Origin: Candidatus Omnitrophota bacterium
Lineage (GTDB): Bacteria; Omnitrophota; Gorgyraeia; Gygaellales; Profunditerraquicolaceae
DNA: 64,000 nt
Reading direction: 5' to 3'
Assembly (NCBI GenBank): GCA_018825985.1
Contig: JAHKAP010000071.1
Location: 7,556-71,555 of the forward strand
In this document: one piece after another, positions 19,682-30,657 of the stretch
Position numbering within the stretch: the stretch's first letter is position 1
Layout of the letters: every line of letters starts with the position of its first letter
The notes under the pieces: generated by a model
What the model was told of the DNA's origin: nothing
The model's database searches: none
The model's input: only the letters and a program-made list of their open reading frames with translations
Program-made: the position numbers and the translations under genes

Positions 19682-20830
19682 TCAAACTCGCCTCTTACTA
19701 ATAACTTCATTATAAAGTTCTACAGTCCTGGCGGCAACCTTATCATAACTGAATTCATTAGTATATTCCTTAACACCAGCAATAAGTTTGGCTATACGGC
19801 CGGCATCAGTCATTAACCTGTTTATTTTATCCAAAAGATCCTTATAATCTTCGTGACGGAAAAGCTCGAGGCAGTTGATCCGGGAATTGATCTCCTGATG
19901 GCTGTCTATATCTGATGCAATAATGGGTTTATTATAACCTATATATAAGCTTAATGCCCCTGAACCGTTCACAGATTTAAACGGAGCCAGGCATATATCC
20001 GTTGCTGCCATAACCAGCGGGATATCCTCAAGGCCAAGGTATCCGGTTATCTTTACCCTGTCTCCCAGCTGGCTTGCGGATATCTTCTTAAACAGGTTAT
20101 CGTAATATCCAAGGTTATCATATTTATCCGTCATCCTGCCTCCGGCAATCAACAAAACCACATTATCCGGTAATTCCCGCAATGAATCTAAAGCAGTACC
20201 ATAGTCTTTCCTATTGTTGATAAAACCAAAAATAGTCAGGACGAATTTGCCGTTTATGCCAAATTTGCTTTTCGCTTCATCTGACGGTAAACACTTATCC
20301 CCGTCAGATACGTACGGGATCCCATGCGGCATAACCGCCACTTTATCCTTATGGCCGATCAATCCTATTATTAAATCCGCCTGCTGCCTGGTATGCGCCA
20401 AGACCCTGTCGGAGAGATTATACATCCTCTTATGATTATTCAAGGAAAGCCTATTCCAGAAGAATAATGTCCGGTTAAACAATTCCCGCTTGATCCTGCT
20501 GGTAATATGCAGAGGAAGCGGTTTTGCCTCAATCCCTATTTCGTGTATAGTCATAACCAGGGGTACTTTTAAATATTTAGCAAATGTAAAAAATCTGTTA
20601 TTGTAGAGCATGCTTCCGTTAAAATACAGGTAGTTAAACTGGACATGACAGATATCCGCGTTATTCGCTTCTTTGGCCTTACCGGCATAATAATCGCTGT
20701 CGGCTATATAGCTATCCAGGCCAACATATATTAAATCAACGTATTTTTTAAGCCCTGCGCTTAGATACCCTGAATAATCGGAAATGCCGTCTTTTGGTTT
20801 ATCAAAAGCTGAACATAAAGAAACTTTCAT
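19682..20830 (-). CDS. Glycosyltransferase family 4-like (GT-B)
   Basis: DGISDYS, TIHE, FGFINNRK, SGALS...KPIIASD. Confidence 0.8.
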   Translation of the reverse strand: MKVSLCSAFDKPKDGISDYSGYLSAGLKKYVDLIYVGLDSYIADSDYYAGKAKEANNADICHVQFNYLYFNGSMLYNNRFFTFAKYLKVPLVMTIHEIGIEAKPLPLHITSRIKRELFNRTLFFWNRLSLNNHKRMYNLSDRVLAHTRQQADLIIGLIGHKDKVAVMPHGIPYVSDGDKCLPSDEAKSKFGINGKFVLTIFGFINNRKDYGTALDSLRELPDNVVLLIAGGRMTDKYDNLGYYDNLFKKISASQLGDRVKITGYLGLEDIPLVMAATDICLAPFKSVNGSGALSLYIGYNKPIIASDIDSHQEINSRINCLELFRHEDYKDLLDKINRLMTDAGRIAKLIAGVKEYTNEFSYDKVAARTVELYNEVISKRRV

Positions 20831-20831
20831 C

Positions 20832-21650
20832 TTAAGCTGACTTTTTTAAAGGCGTGGCGTGCAATATTTTATCGGTTAAATACTTAACCCTGTACCCATG
20901 AGAACTAAGGAAATCTACCGCCTCATATCTTCCGATATTTAAAGGTTCCATCCGGCCAAGGTTTTCTTCAAAAAAAATGTGCCTGATCCTTTTTTCTCTT
21001 AGCAACTTTTCCGCGCCAAAGATTACCCAGGTATCCGCTCCTTCAACGTCAATCTTCAGAACATCTATATACCCGGACCTATCAATAACGTTATAGATAC
21101 TATCCAGGCGCTCTACCTGAACCTCAACCTGTCTTTTGTCATCAGTAATAACCAGCCCTCCCCATCCGGTCTGCCCCGGTAAACCTAAAAAAAATCCGCA
21201 AACCCCATTTTCTTTTCCTAATGCCATCTCTTTTACTTGAATCCTCTGGTTAAACCCGTTCTTATTGATGTTAAATTTAAAGTGTGGTATGCATATCGGA
21301 GACGGTTCGAATGCGATAACCCGATTACCGGGATTAACCCCGGCCCAAAGACAGGAATAGTAACCAAAATTTGCTCCGGCATCCACCAATACTCCGCCTT
21401 TTTTAGCCAGTTTAGCGATAATCAAAGAAAGGGATAATTCATAGAAACCGGTAAGCGCGATCCAGCGATGACTGACATCAGTAGATATAAGCCCCAAACT
21501 TACCTTAGGCGCCAAGGCCAAACTGGCATTCCGGTATAAATATTGGAATTTATCCGCCCTCGCCCCGTAGTATCTATAGTAGAGCCTTTCCCTCATAGTT
21601 AAATACGGGATCCTCATTGGCCAAGGCCTAATTTGCAGATTATTATCCAT
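20832..21650 (-). CDS. FkbM family methyltransferase
   Basis: DAGANFGYYS, AFEP, LKIDVEGAD; start likely MDNN at 21650. Confidence 0.9.
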   Translation of the reverse strand: MDNNLQIRPWPMRIPYLTMRERLYYRYYGARADKFQYLYRNASLALAPKVSLGLISTDVSHRWIALTGFYELSLSLIIAKLAKKGGVLVDAGANFGYYSCLWAGVNPGNRVIAFEPSPICIPHFKFNINKNGFNQRIQVKEMALGKENGVCGFFLGLPGQTGWGGLVITDDKRQVEVQVERLDSIYNVIDRSGYIDVLKIDVEGADTWVIFGAEKLLREKRIRHIFFEENLGRMEPLNIGRYEAVDFLSSHGYRVKYLTDKILHATPLKKSA

Positions 21651-22356
21651 TTTTCTTCCAGACCAAAAAAATAAAAGTGTATTTTTTACCGCGCCATTCA
21701 ATAACCGGATCATTACAATCTAAATCTACCGGTTCAATAAGCGATAGATTAGAATTACCCGCCTGGCTAATTAATTTTTCGATATCTTCTTTAGAAAGAA
21801 TATTCCAGGTTAAACCATAAGGCATGATTCCGGAAGTATCTACATATTCAGGCCAATAATCGCAAGAGGTAATTAAATGCCCTCCCGGTTTAAGGAGCCT
21901 CGCCATCTCCTGGCAATACAATTGAAGATCAATGCCGTGTTCTATGACCGAGATACTGGTAATAAAATCAAAGTAAGCCGAAGGATAATCGGTCTTTTGC
22001 AAATCCTGCCGGCTTAAACGTATAGGACCCCGGCCTAGAACCGATTTAAATAAATCCAATAAATTCTTCTTAAGCCAAAAGGTGTAAATTAAATGCCTGT
22101 ATTCAATACGCCTGATATCGCAGCCGTATAATCTTTTATACCCCTTAAAATAAAGCAATTCCAATATCCGGCATCCGTATGTCCCTACATCTAAAATTAC
22201 TGCTTTCTTATCTCCCTGGGCGACTATGAAATTAAATGCTTTCCAGAGATCCCAGGCCTTAGGGCCGATTTCACCAACCGCAAGTTTCAATTTTTTAAAC
22301 TCATTGCCGGCATCCGCATACTCTTTAGTTCCCAGTAAAACTGAATTAATCTTCAT
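21643..22356 (-). CDS. Class I SAM-dependent methyltransferase
   Basis: ILDVGT; ISVIEHG; LKPGG. Confidence 0.85.
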   Translation of the reverse strand: MKINSVLLGTKEYADAGNEFKKLKLAVGEIGPKAWDLWKAFNFIVAQGDKKAVILDVGTYGCRILELLYFKGYKRLYGCDIRRIEYRHLIYTFWLKKNLLDLFKSVLGRGPIRLSRQDLQKTDYPSAYFDFITSISVIEHGIDLQLYCQEMARLLKPGGHLITSCDYWPEYVDTSGIMPYGLTWNILSKEDIEKLISQAGNSNLSLIEPVDLDCNDPVIEWRGKKYTFIFLVWKKNG

Positions 22357-22375
22357 CTGCCCAATTATTGGTTAT

Positions 22376-23476
22376 TTATTCACTTGAATGAGTTTTTATG
22401 CCTTCAATAAATGATTTTATGATTTGCGCGGTATAGCGATTCCCTAATTGATTCATATGGCTATCTGCCCTGTTCCAAAGCAATTTGTTCTCTTTAAGAT
22501 ATATATTTCTGGCAATCGGGTCAAGTTTAGCCTCTAAATCTAAAAAGGGTATATTATTCTCTTCAGCTGCTCTCTGGAGAGTTTTTAAATTTACCCGCAT
22601 TGAAACTGTTGCGGAATTTATACTTTTATTAATCAGCCATTCGTATTGTTGAGGCTTTGTAGGAAAAGCTGCCATCGCCAGTACACAGTTATTGTTAGCT
22701 GCGACTTCCTGAATTCTTTTTAAAGCCCAGGTTAATTTTAAATATTCATTATGGGAAAATTTAACCTCCCGATACAAACCCTCTAAATCCGGCAGATAGA
22801 ATAATTCATCTCTTGGCCCGATATTGATTACCTTGATTAATGGATTGTAGATATTTTCAAATTGGTATCCCAAATAATAGAAGAGCTTAGTCATTGGGGT
22901 ACGCAGCAATTTATGAAAATCAAAAATCGCGTTCCTATAAGCACGGATGCCTTCCTCTAAATCCCCCAGGTTCTTAAAATCTCTGGTCTTACGCTCGGTA
23001 AGGTCAGCCCATAATAATATCGCTTTTTTATTTTTATTAATCTGGGTGTAATCGGCAATGAGCGGTATAGAATTAGCCAACGGATAATCGGCCGGCGCAT
23101 TCAACACCGATTTGCAAATCTTAAATCCATAGTCAAGTTTTAACATTTCAACCCAACCAGTCTCTCCTACGCTTGAGCCAAAAACAATAATATCATAAGG
23201 GCCATGCCTGGCCATTTCTTTAACTGAACTATACATCTGAAAATTATATCTTTTATCAAAAGGGGTATTGACTGCCAAACCGTTTAATTTCAGGTGGCGA
23301 AATATACTTTCAGCTATAAACAAGTCCCCCTCTCCCATACGGCAGGATTTAAAAATATGCAGTAAGCCGAGTGAACCCAGTTCTAATAAAAATATTAAGA
23401 ATACCGCTAGGGTAGCGGCTTTAGGAAGCCGCTTAAAACTGAAAGTAAATGAATTCCCTGCCATCTCTAGCTCCAT
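22376..23476 (-). CDS. AlgX/AlgJ-like SGNH periplasmic O-acyltransferase
   Basis: N-terminal TM; GSS in place of GDS; PTK; DSHMNQLGN; directly follows the MBOAT gene. Confidence 0.65.
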   Translation of the reverse strand: MELEMAGNSFTFSFKRLPKAATLAVFLIFLLELGSLGLLHIFKSCRMGEGDLFIAESIFRHLKLNGLAVNTPFDKRYNFQMYSSVKEMARHGPYDIIVFGSSVGETGWVEMLKLDYGFKICKSVLNAPADYPLANSIPLIADYTQINKNKKAILLWADLTERKTRDFKNLGDLEEGIRAYRNAIFDFHKLLRTPMTKLFYYLGYQFENIYNPLIKVINIGPRDELFYLPDLEGLYREVKFSHNEYLKLTWALKRIQEVAANNNCVLAMAAFPTKPQQYEWLINKSINSATVSMRVNLKTLQRAAEENNIPFLDLEAKLDPIARNIYLKENKLLWNRADSHMNQLGNRYTAQIIKSFIEGIKTHSSE

Positions 23477-24857
23477 ATATCAAAAGTGAAAAATAAAGAA
23501 TTACGTAAATTACCGAACGCACCCAGACTGGAAATTCAAAAAGCGCTTTAAGGTTATTCCTTTTATAGCAGAAAAACTCGATAAATAACAATAACCAAAC
23601 AGATGATATTAAAGTCTTCAAACCGAATCCGGATGTAAAATTAAAATTTAAAAAAATCGCTTTAGTCATTTCATAAACCTGGGCCAGGGATTGGGCCCTA
23701 AACAAAAGCCAGCCAAAACATACTACATGGAAAAAAAACAATATTCTGATTATGAGCCAGCATTTTCGCGGTAGATCGCTATTAAAGCTAAAGCGCCATT
23801 TGAACAACTCATTGAACAATTTGTGTGCCATCAATAATAAACCATGATAAGCGCCCCAGGCCACGAATGTCCAGTTGGCCCCGTGCCACAAACCACCCAA
23901 GAACATAGTAAGCCCGAGGTTACGATAAGTATTAAATCTTCCTTTTCGATTCCCGCCTAGGGGAATATAAAGATAATCCCTGAGCCAGGTGGACAAACTG
24001 ATATGCCATCTCCTCCAAAAATCAGTCGGGTTCCGGGCAAAATACGGCAGATTAAAATTGACCATTATCTCAAAACCCATACACTTGCCTAAACCCCTGG
24101 CTATACTGGAATAACCGGCAAAATCCCCGTAGATCTGAAAAGCAAAGGCATAAACAGCGATCAAAACAGCAAACCCGTTATAAGGGGGGTGCGCAGAAAA
24201 AACCGGCTCAACTATTTTTGCCAGGTTATCAGCAATAAAGATCTTTAAGAAAAGCCCCCAAAAGATCAAATAGCAACCTTCGAAAAACTTTTCCCGGTTT
24301 AATATCCTGGGCTGAATAACCTGGGGAAGAAGGTGGGTTCCCCGCTCAATCGGCCCGGCAACCAGCTGGGGAAAATACGTAACATATAAAGCAAAATCCA
24401 ATAAGTTTTTTACCGGTTTTAACTGTTTACGGTATACATCAATAGTATAACTCATGCTTTGAAAGGTATAAAACGATATGCCCACGGGCAGGATAATATT
24501 AAGCAGCGACGGGTGAACATTAAAACCAAACAGATTGAGAAAATCCCTAAAACTGGCAGCAAAAAAATTAAAGTATTTAAAAAAACCTAATATGCCTAAG
24601 TTAGCAAAAATACTAAAAGCCAGAAAATATTTCCTCTTCTTAAAGTTTTCAGCAGCCTCAATTTTAAGAGCTACAAAATAATCAACGATTATGGTTATAA
24701 AAAGAAGTGATAAAAACCGCCAATCCCAGGAGCCGTAAAATATCACGCTGGCAATTAAGAGCATCCGGTTTTGGGCTTTCAGCTTAGACCTAAGCAGGAT
24801 ATAAAGACAGTAAACAATGATAAAAAATATTAAGAATACCTGAGAATTAAACAGCAT
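23433..24857 (-). CDS. MBOAT O-acyltransferase (AlgI/DltB-like)
   Basis: MLFNS start; LPVGISFYTFQ, FPQLVAGPI, FWRRWHISLS, GLWHGA. Confidence 0.95.
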   Translation of the reverse strand: MLFNSQVFLIFFIIVYCLYILLRSKLKAQNRMLLIASVIFYGSWDWRFLSLLFITIIVDYFVALKIEAAENFKKRKYFLAFSIFANLGILGFFKYFNFFAASFRDFLNLFGFNVHPSLLNIILPVGISFYTFQSMSYTIDVYRKQLKPVKNLLDFALYVTYFPQLVAGPIERGTHLLPQVIQPRILNREKFFEGCYLIFWGLFLKIFIADNLAKIVEPVFSAHPPYNGFAVLIAVYAFAFQIYGDFAGYSSIARGLGKCMGFEIMVNFNLPYFARNPTDFWRRWHISLSTWLRDYLYIPLGGNRKGRFNTYRNLGLTMFLGGLWHGANWTFVAWGAYHGLLLMAHKLFNELFKWRFSFNSDLPRKCWLIIRILFFFHVVCFGWLLFRAQSLAQVYEMTKAIFLNFNFTSGFGLKTLISSVWLLLFIEFFCYKRNNLKALFEFPVWVRSVIYVILYFSLLIYGARDGREFIYFQF

Positions 24858-24858
24858 T

Positions 24859-26004
24859 TTAAGCCTTAACCTCCTTATATACCGCCAGCGTATTTTCCGC
24901 GGTCTTCTTCCAGGTAAAATCATTTGCTCGGGCAAAGCCCTTGCTCTTTAGATCCTGGCGCAATCCTTGATCAGAGATCAGTTTTGATAAAACCGAAGAT
25001 ATTTCACCTGGATCAGCAGGATTAAAAAAAAGCGCTGCGTCATGGGCTACTTCAGGCATGCCTCCGCAACTTGAAACAGCTACCGGAACACCACAAGCCA
25101 TTGCCTCTATTATGGGAATGCCAAAACCCTCGTAGAAAGAAGGTAAAACAAAAACTAAGGCCCTGTTGTAGATAAATGGGAGTTCTGAGTGCGGGATAAA
25201 ATCCGTAAAAATAACCCCGGAACCCAAACCTAACTCTTCGGATTCCTGGATTATCTTTCGATAGGCTATATCGATCTTACCCGCCAGGACCAAACACACA
25301 TCTTCCGCTTGAGCCTGAAGCCGGATATTAGCAAAAGCCCTTAATAACCCGGAAAGGTTTTTATTCTTCTCGGCTGCTCCTACATAAAGGATATATCTTT
25401 TCCCTGATAGCCCATATTTTTTTAATACTGCCTCAATCTTTAATTTATCCTCCATAAGTTTAAAATCATCACTAACACCGTAATAAACCACTTTGATTTT
25501 ATCTTCCGGTATTTTAACTTTCCCCATTAAATCTTTTTTGACATTCTCAGAGACCGCTATCACCTGGTCCGCTCTTTTAGCGATAATCTGATACCATTGA
25601 TTTATTTTTCTAACATCAAATGCCTCCCACATCTTCGCCGGATCACCTGCGCCGTTAAATGTCGCGATCATCAAGGCTCTCGAAGGTATCGGGGTATAGT
25701 GGGTAAAATTAAAGTTAAAGGGACTGTGAAAAACATCAACTCCTCCGATCAGATATTCTATCGGAGGAAAATTTAAACCTGGCCAAGAAGATCTTAATAC
25801 CCTGCCAGGGATCCTGCACCAGATTTGCTTTAAATTAGTCTCTCTTTCGGGAAAGGCAAAACTCCCTTTTTTAAAACCATTATAAAAAAGCACGTATTCA
25901 TTATCCTGGTCTATCTCTAATAAGTTTTTTACCAGGTAATACAAATACTGCCCCTGCCCGCGCATTTCACCTTGTAATACCCTGGCATCGATTCCAATAC
26001 GCAT
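24859..26004 (-). CDS. Glycosyltransferase family 4 (MtfB/WbpX-like)
   Basis: MRIGIDAR; PSFYEGFGIPIIEAMACG. Confidence 0.9.
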   Translation of the reverse strand: MRIGIDARVLQGEMRGQGQYLYYLVKNLLEIDQDNEYVLFYNGFKKGSFAFPERETNLKQIWCRIPGRVLRSSWPGLNFPPIEYLIGGVDVFHSPFNFNFTHYTPIPSRALMIATFNGAGDPAKMWEAFDVRKINQWYQIIAKRADQVIAVSENVKKDLMGKVKIPEDKIKVVYYGVSDDFKLMEDKLKIEAVLKKYGLSGKRYILYVGAAEKNKNLSGLLRAFANIRLQAQAEDVCLVLAGKIDIAYRKIIQESEELGLGSGVIFTDFIPHSELPFIYNRALVFVLPSFYEGFGIPIIEAMACGVPVAVSSCGGMPEVAHDAALFFNPADPGEISSVLSKLISDQGLRQDLKSKGFARANDFTWKKTAENTLAVYKEVKA

Positions 26005-26008
26005 TTTT

Positions 26009-26998
26009 TTATCGCCTAAAGAATAACGTTCTGATAATTAAGACCCAAAGGTATGCCACATTTAAACCGCTGGGGTTATTTTTAAATTTCTCGGGCATAG
26101 CCATCCGGTTATCCCTTTCGCACCCCATCAGTCCTGACCATAAGCCGTCTAATACCGCGCCTGCCGCTTCGGGATTAGCCAGCCCGGAAAGCTCAGCTGA
26201 TTTTTTCAAGGCTGAATTTAAATAATAAAAACTAAACTGGATTTTTCTTAAAACCCCGCTGTGCTTACGGATAAAATAAAGCCGGTTTCGGATTAAATAA
26301 AAATACACGGTTGGAGAATAGGCGCCGCCAGAGGACTGTAAACCCTTATGAAATACCAAAACCTTGGGATAAAGCTTAGGCCTAAATCCATTTTTTTTAC
26401 ACCTGAAACTCCAGTCAATGTCCTCGTAATAAGCGAAATATCTCTCATCCAGTAAGCCTGATTTTTCAACGGCCTCAGGCTTAAAAAAAACCGCGCAACC
26501 GCTGGCGTAATCGATATCCAACAATCCCTTAGCCGATAAAACATCTTCGCTCTTATACTGGGCGAAATAACCGCCGTTGCCTAAGTCAATTTTTGCGCCT
26601 AAGAAATTAAGCCGCCGACGGTCCTGGTAAAAAGCGATTAACGGGCTGAGGATAATTTTACCGGTAAATGTATCCATTGCTACCTTGAGCTCATTGAGAA
26701 TAGAAGGCTCTACGATAGTATCATTATTTAAGATTAATAAATACTCTGCCCCGCGCTTTAAGGCATAGCTGATCCCGATATTATTGCCCCGGCAAAACCC
26801 CGTATTCTCCTTATTTTCAATTATTATTGTTTTGTTAAAACGCTCTCTTATGGCCTCAAGAGAACCATCAACGGATCCGTTGTCAACAACTATAACCTCA
26901 AAATTAGAGTAATCAATTCTCTCAACCGAAGCCAAACATTCCAAAAGATCATTTTTCCCGTTCCAATTCAGGATTACTATGATTACTTTTGATTCCAT
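26009..26998 (-). CDS. Glycosyltransferase family 2 (WbbL-like)
   Basis: ILNWNG, DNGSVDG, NTGFCRGNN, LNND, YYEDID. Confidence 0.9.
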   Translation of the reverse strand: MESKVIIVILNWNGKNDLLECLASVERIDYSNFEVIVVDNGSVDGSLEAIRERFNKTIIIENKENTGFCRGNNIGISYALKRGAEYLLILNNDTIVEPSILNELKVAMDTFTGKIILSPLIAFYQDRRRLNFLGAKIDLGNGGYFAQYKSEDVLSAKGLLDIDYASGCAVFFKPEAVEKSGLLDERYFAYYEDIDWSFRCKKNGFRPKLYPKVLVFHKGLQSSGGAYSPTVYFYLIRNRLYFIRKHSGVLRKIQFSFYYLNSALKKSAELSGLANPEAAGAVLDGLWSGLMGCERDNRMAMPEKFKNNPSGLNVAYLWVLIIRTLFFRR

Positions 26999-27660
26999 TA
27001 TTTAGAAAGTAATAATAAATCAATAACTTTGTGGAAATAATATCTTAGATCCTCCCTTAATCCCATAATTTTTACCTTCCAACGGCAAGAAATATCATCG
27101 GGTATTTCTATAATCCTGCGACCGCGAATTATCGAATATAAATCAAAATTAGCGATATCTTTCTCGATGAAATTATCAGGTTTTACGCACTTGATAAATG
27201 CGCCTTTATAGTTGGCTTTTTCTAAATTTTCGATTTTAAAATCGCCAAATATATACTCCATATCTTTTAGCTCATACCTCCAGTAGTCATAGGGAAACCC
27301 ATGGTACGCAAAACCGATAGAGCATGTAGTAATCAGGATTGTGCCGCCCGGTTTACATACTGTCTTCATATTATGAATCGCCTGCCTCCATTCCCGGACA
27401 TGCTCCAAAAGCTCGGTAGACACCACCAGCTCAAAACTGTTTTCGCCGAATCTAGATATCAGGCTTGTCACGTCGCATTTTATATCTACCCCTGGGCCTT
27501 CGCTTATGTCAACGCCGATATATTCTTTAGGGTTATACTTTTCAATCAATGGCCTAATGCTTCCGTTTACATTATACGAACCGACCTCCAGCACCCTCTT
27601 GCCATAGATTTCCTGGCTTCCGAGATTTATTGCCGCAAAAAGAATGCAATCACCGGTCAT
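26998..27660 (-). CDS. Class I methyltransferase (Methyltransf_11-like)
   Basis: VLEVGSYNVNGS; ELLEH; HGFPYDYWRY. Confidence 0.85.
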   Translation of the reverse strand: MTGDCILFAAINLGSQEIYGKRVLEVGSYNVNGSIRPLIEKYNPKEYIGVDISEGPGVDIKCDVTSLISRFGENSFELVVSTELLEHVREWRQAIHNMKTVCKPGGTILITTCSIGFAYHGFPYDYWRYELKDMEYIFGDFKIENLEKANYKGAFIKCVKPDNFIEKDIANFDLYSIIRGRRIIEIPDDISCRWKVKIMGLREDLRYYFHKVIDLLLLSK

Positions 27661-27662
27661 AA

Positions 27663-29258
27663 TTAACTCCTCCTACCCCTGGGTAGTAAAAATTTAATCA
27701 TACTGTAAACTTTGGGAAACTTCAGCTCTATGAATTCACTATCATAAACATCAAGCAGTCGGGCAAAATATATTATCCCCAAATAAACTCCGTTAAAAAT
27801 CAAAGCTTGAATAAATAATAAAATCATGGCGCTAAAACGGCTCAAATCTAAATTAAATAACATCAATATTTTATCTGTGCCGTAGATAACCATCCCGGCA
27901 AAAATAGCCGACAATAAATACGGTGTAACCGCACCGAAAATCCTCCAAACCGGGACTTTAAGGCTCTTATGCAGCCTTACCATAAAATAAAATGCTCCGA
28001 TATTAACTGCCAAAGCTGTTCCCCAGGCTGCGCCGTAAAAACCAAATTTCTTTATTAAAACTATGCTTAAGGTTATATTTAAAAGGGTTATTAATACCGC
28101 GGGGGCGGCTAATAATTGAGGCTTATTGATAGCAATGCTCAACGATTCAGCTGACTGGACTATGGTCCGGAACATCCAGGCTATTGCCAATATTTGAATA
28201 ATTAAACTGGCTTTTTCATATCCTAATCCCATCCACATAAACATAATCCGCGAGCTAGCTACGAACAAAAAAATAAATACAGGAATAACGACCATAGCAA
28301 GATATTTGGTGCTTTTCAGGTAGGCCTTGATCAAAGTGGCTATTTCGCCTTTGGCCTCTAACTCGGAAAAAACCGGCATTAAGGCCGAACCCAACAGAGA
28401 AGATAGTATTATAGCGCAGTTTATTATGTAGCTTCCCAATTGATAAAAAGTAACTAAACCTAAGGATAAAAAATTAGCCAGGATAATTTTATCAGTCTGG
28501 TTTGAGACTACTCCTGAAACCTTAGCTATCTGTATCTTCCAGCCAAAATTGAATAATTTCCTGAACATCTCTTTGTTAAATCTAAAAATGTTAAATTTAA
28601 ATTCAGGAAATATTTTATAGCAGGCGGCGATGGTGACCAGGGCGCTGATAATAAAAATAATTATGTTATTAACCATCAGGCCTGGCAGGCCGTAGCCTTT
28701 TTCCAAAAAGAATATTGTGCCCAGTATGTTAGGTATCGAAACCAAAATAGCCAGTTTGTTAGCCAGGGCCATCCGCTGCAAACCAAAAACAACAGCGCCG
28801 ACGGAACCGATAGCGTTGGTAGCCAGAAAAAGAATTATTCCTGTTAAAAAAACAAATTTTGCTTCGCCTAAAAGCTCAAGCGGGACTTTAAACAGGCCGA
28901 GAAGCGGATTAATAAAAATAAGGGTAAGGGTAATAATAAATATTGCGAATAAGAGGTAAAAAATAATTCCGCAATTAACTACATCGTTGATTTTCGAGTA
29001 CTCTTTTTTAGTGTAGAATTCGGCAATATATTTTACAAAAGACAATCCTATCCCAAAATCAAGCAGGCCGAAATAACCGGTTATAATAGCGACGATTGCC
29101 CAAACGCCGAATCTCTCGACGCCGATGTGTTGAATTATATAGGGGGTTAAAAAAATAGTGACCAGAACACCCCAGAACTTACCATAAATATTATAAAGGG
29201 TATTCCTGACTAATTTCTTAGATAGACTGTTATTTTCAGGTAACATCAATGCTGTCAT
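27663..29258 (-). CDS. wzx: Wzx-type polysaccharide flippase
   Basis: About 14 TM segments; TPYIIQHIGVERFG, DFGIG, TDKII, GFYGAAWG. Confidence 0.85.
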   Translation of the reverse strand: MTALMLPENNSLSKKLVRNTLYNIYGKFWGVLVTIFLTPYIIQHIGVERFGVWAIVAIITGYFGLLDFGIGLSFVKYIAEFYTKKEYSKINDVVNCGIIFYLLFAIFIITLTLIFINPLLGLFKVPLELLGEAKFVFLTGIILFLATNAIGSVGAVVFGLQRMALANKLAILVSIPNILGTIFFLEKGYGLPGLMVNNIIIFIISALVTIAACYKIFPEFKFNIFRFNKEMFRKLFNFGWKIQIAKVSGVVSNQTDKIILANFLSLGLVTFYQLGSYIINCAIILSSLLGSALMPVFSELEAKGEIATLIKAYLKSTKYLAMVVIPVFIFLFVASSRIMFMWMGLGYEKASLIIQILAIAWMFRTIVQSAESLSIAINKPQLLAAPAVLITLLNITLSIVLIKKFGFYGAAWGTALAVNIGAFYFMVRLHKSLKVPVWRIFGAVTPYLLSAIFAGMVIYGTDKILMLFNLDLSRFSAMILLFIQALIFNGVYLGIIYFARLLDVYDSEFIELKFPKVYSMIKFLLPRGRRS

Positions 29259-30615
29259 ATTTAACATTCTCCTGTATAACAAGTTCTGGCAGAACTACCA
29301 CTATCGCCATCAAAAACCAAAAAGGCTCCATAACCCGGATAAGGATAAAGGTAGCGGCGCTTAACGAATGCACCAGGATGCCGCAAAATCCGGCTAATAA
29401 TCCTATACTAACACCCTGGGCAAAGTTATTACCTGCAGTTTGCCAAAAGATCCGCAAAATCACTACAAATATAGTTATTAAAAACCATATAAATACGGCA
29501 AACCCGACTAATCCGGTTTCAATCAATACCCGGCTATACTGGTTATCAACAACTCCCATAGTTGGCACTCCATAACCAACCACGGGCTTTCTCTGCATTA
29601 AATTCCAAGCTATCCCCACCATATCCAGCCTGGCCGCAGCTGATTCGGATATGCCGATACGTCTTCCCAGAACCTCATAAGTCTTTTCCGCGGCAAAAGT
29701 ATCTCTCACCCGTTTATGCACCCTTTCCGGCATCATAGCCGGTAAAAATATACCTACCACTATTATAAGAAGTATGAGCCAAAGCCTGTAGCGTTTATTA
29801 AAAATTATCATAGCTACTACCATTGGAAAAAAAGAGAGCCAACCGCCACGGGACATGGTCATCATAAAAGGAATCAAGGTAATAGAAAAAAGTCCCATCA
29901 AGGCCAGCCTTTTTTTTGAGTTTTCAGCGTATAAAATACATCCCAGGATCACCCCCATCAATAGGATCAGGTAAGCCGCAAAAGTATTCGGTTCTCCTCC
30001 TTCTGACTCAAAAGGGGCGGTTACGCGCGCGCCCGTTGGTATTTGCCACAAGGAGATAACGCTGACCAAAAAACACGTTATCAGCATAAATAAAATATAC
30101 CGCCTTGCCTGTTTCATGGTTCTGATAGAATTCAGAACCATAAAAAACAAAAGATAATACTCGATATACTTAAGCATAAAGAAAAAGAAATCTTTGAATT
30201 TTATATAGCCTTCGATCATCCCTAATGCAGAAGAAACCAGGCAGATAACGACATATAAACCCATCGGCAGGTTTAAAGCCGTCTTTTGAATAAGCCCCAG
30301 CTCCTTATTCACCGCCATCTTGGCAAACCATCCTAACAGAATAAAAGAAAGAAAAATGTCATCGGCCCTTATCAAAACGTTCCGAGTACTTGTCCCGCCT
30401 GCCGAGATCTCCGGAGATAATAACATTGAAAAGATCAATATAATTAACCCCAGATCGGTATTGATAAATGAAATGATGCAGATTATACAGGCGATCATTA
30501 TGATCACAGAGTAATTTACCGGGATGCCTGCAAAAAAGGTGAGAATCAATATTGCGGATATGATTATGAGGAAAAAAACCGAGCTTATTATACCCTGGCC
30601 TTTTTGATTAAGCAT
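29236..30615 (-). CDS. O-antigen ligase/Wzy polymerase family protein
   Basis: Polytopic; EPNTFAAYL, TMSRGGW, DNQY...ETGLVG. Confidence 0.85.
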   Translation of the reverse strand: MLNQKGQGIISSVFFLIIISAILILTFFAGIPVNYSVIIMIACIICIISFINTDLGLIILIFSMLLSPEISAGGTSTRNVLIRADDIFLSFILLGWFAKMAVNKELGLIQKTALNLPMGLYVVICLVSSALGMIEGYIKFKDFFFFMLKYIEYYLLFFMVLNSIRTMKQARRYILFMLITCFLVSVISLWQIPTGARVTAPFESEGGEPNTFAAYLILLMGVILGCILYAENSKKRLALMGLFSITLIPFMMTMSRGGWLSFFPMVVAMIIFNKRYRLWLILLIIVVGIFLPAMMPERVHKRVRDTFAAEKTYEVLGRRIGISESAAARLDMVGIAWNLMQRKPVVGYGVPTMGVVDNQYSRVLIETGLVGFAVFIWFLITIFVVILRIFWQTAGNNFAQGVSIGLLAGFCGILVHSLSAATFILIRVMEPFWFLMAIVVVLPELVIQENVKYDSIDVT

Positions 30616-30657
30616 ATTTTAAATAAAATAGGGCTTCACAAAAATCGTTTCGCCCTT

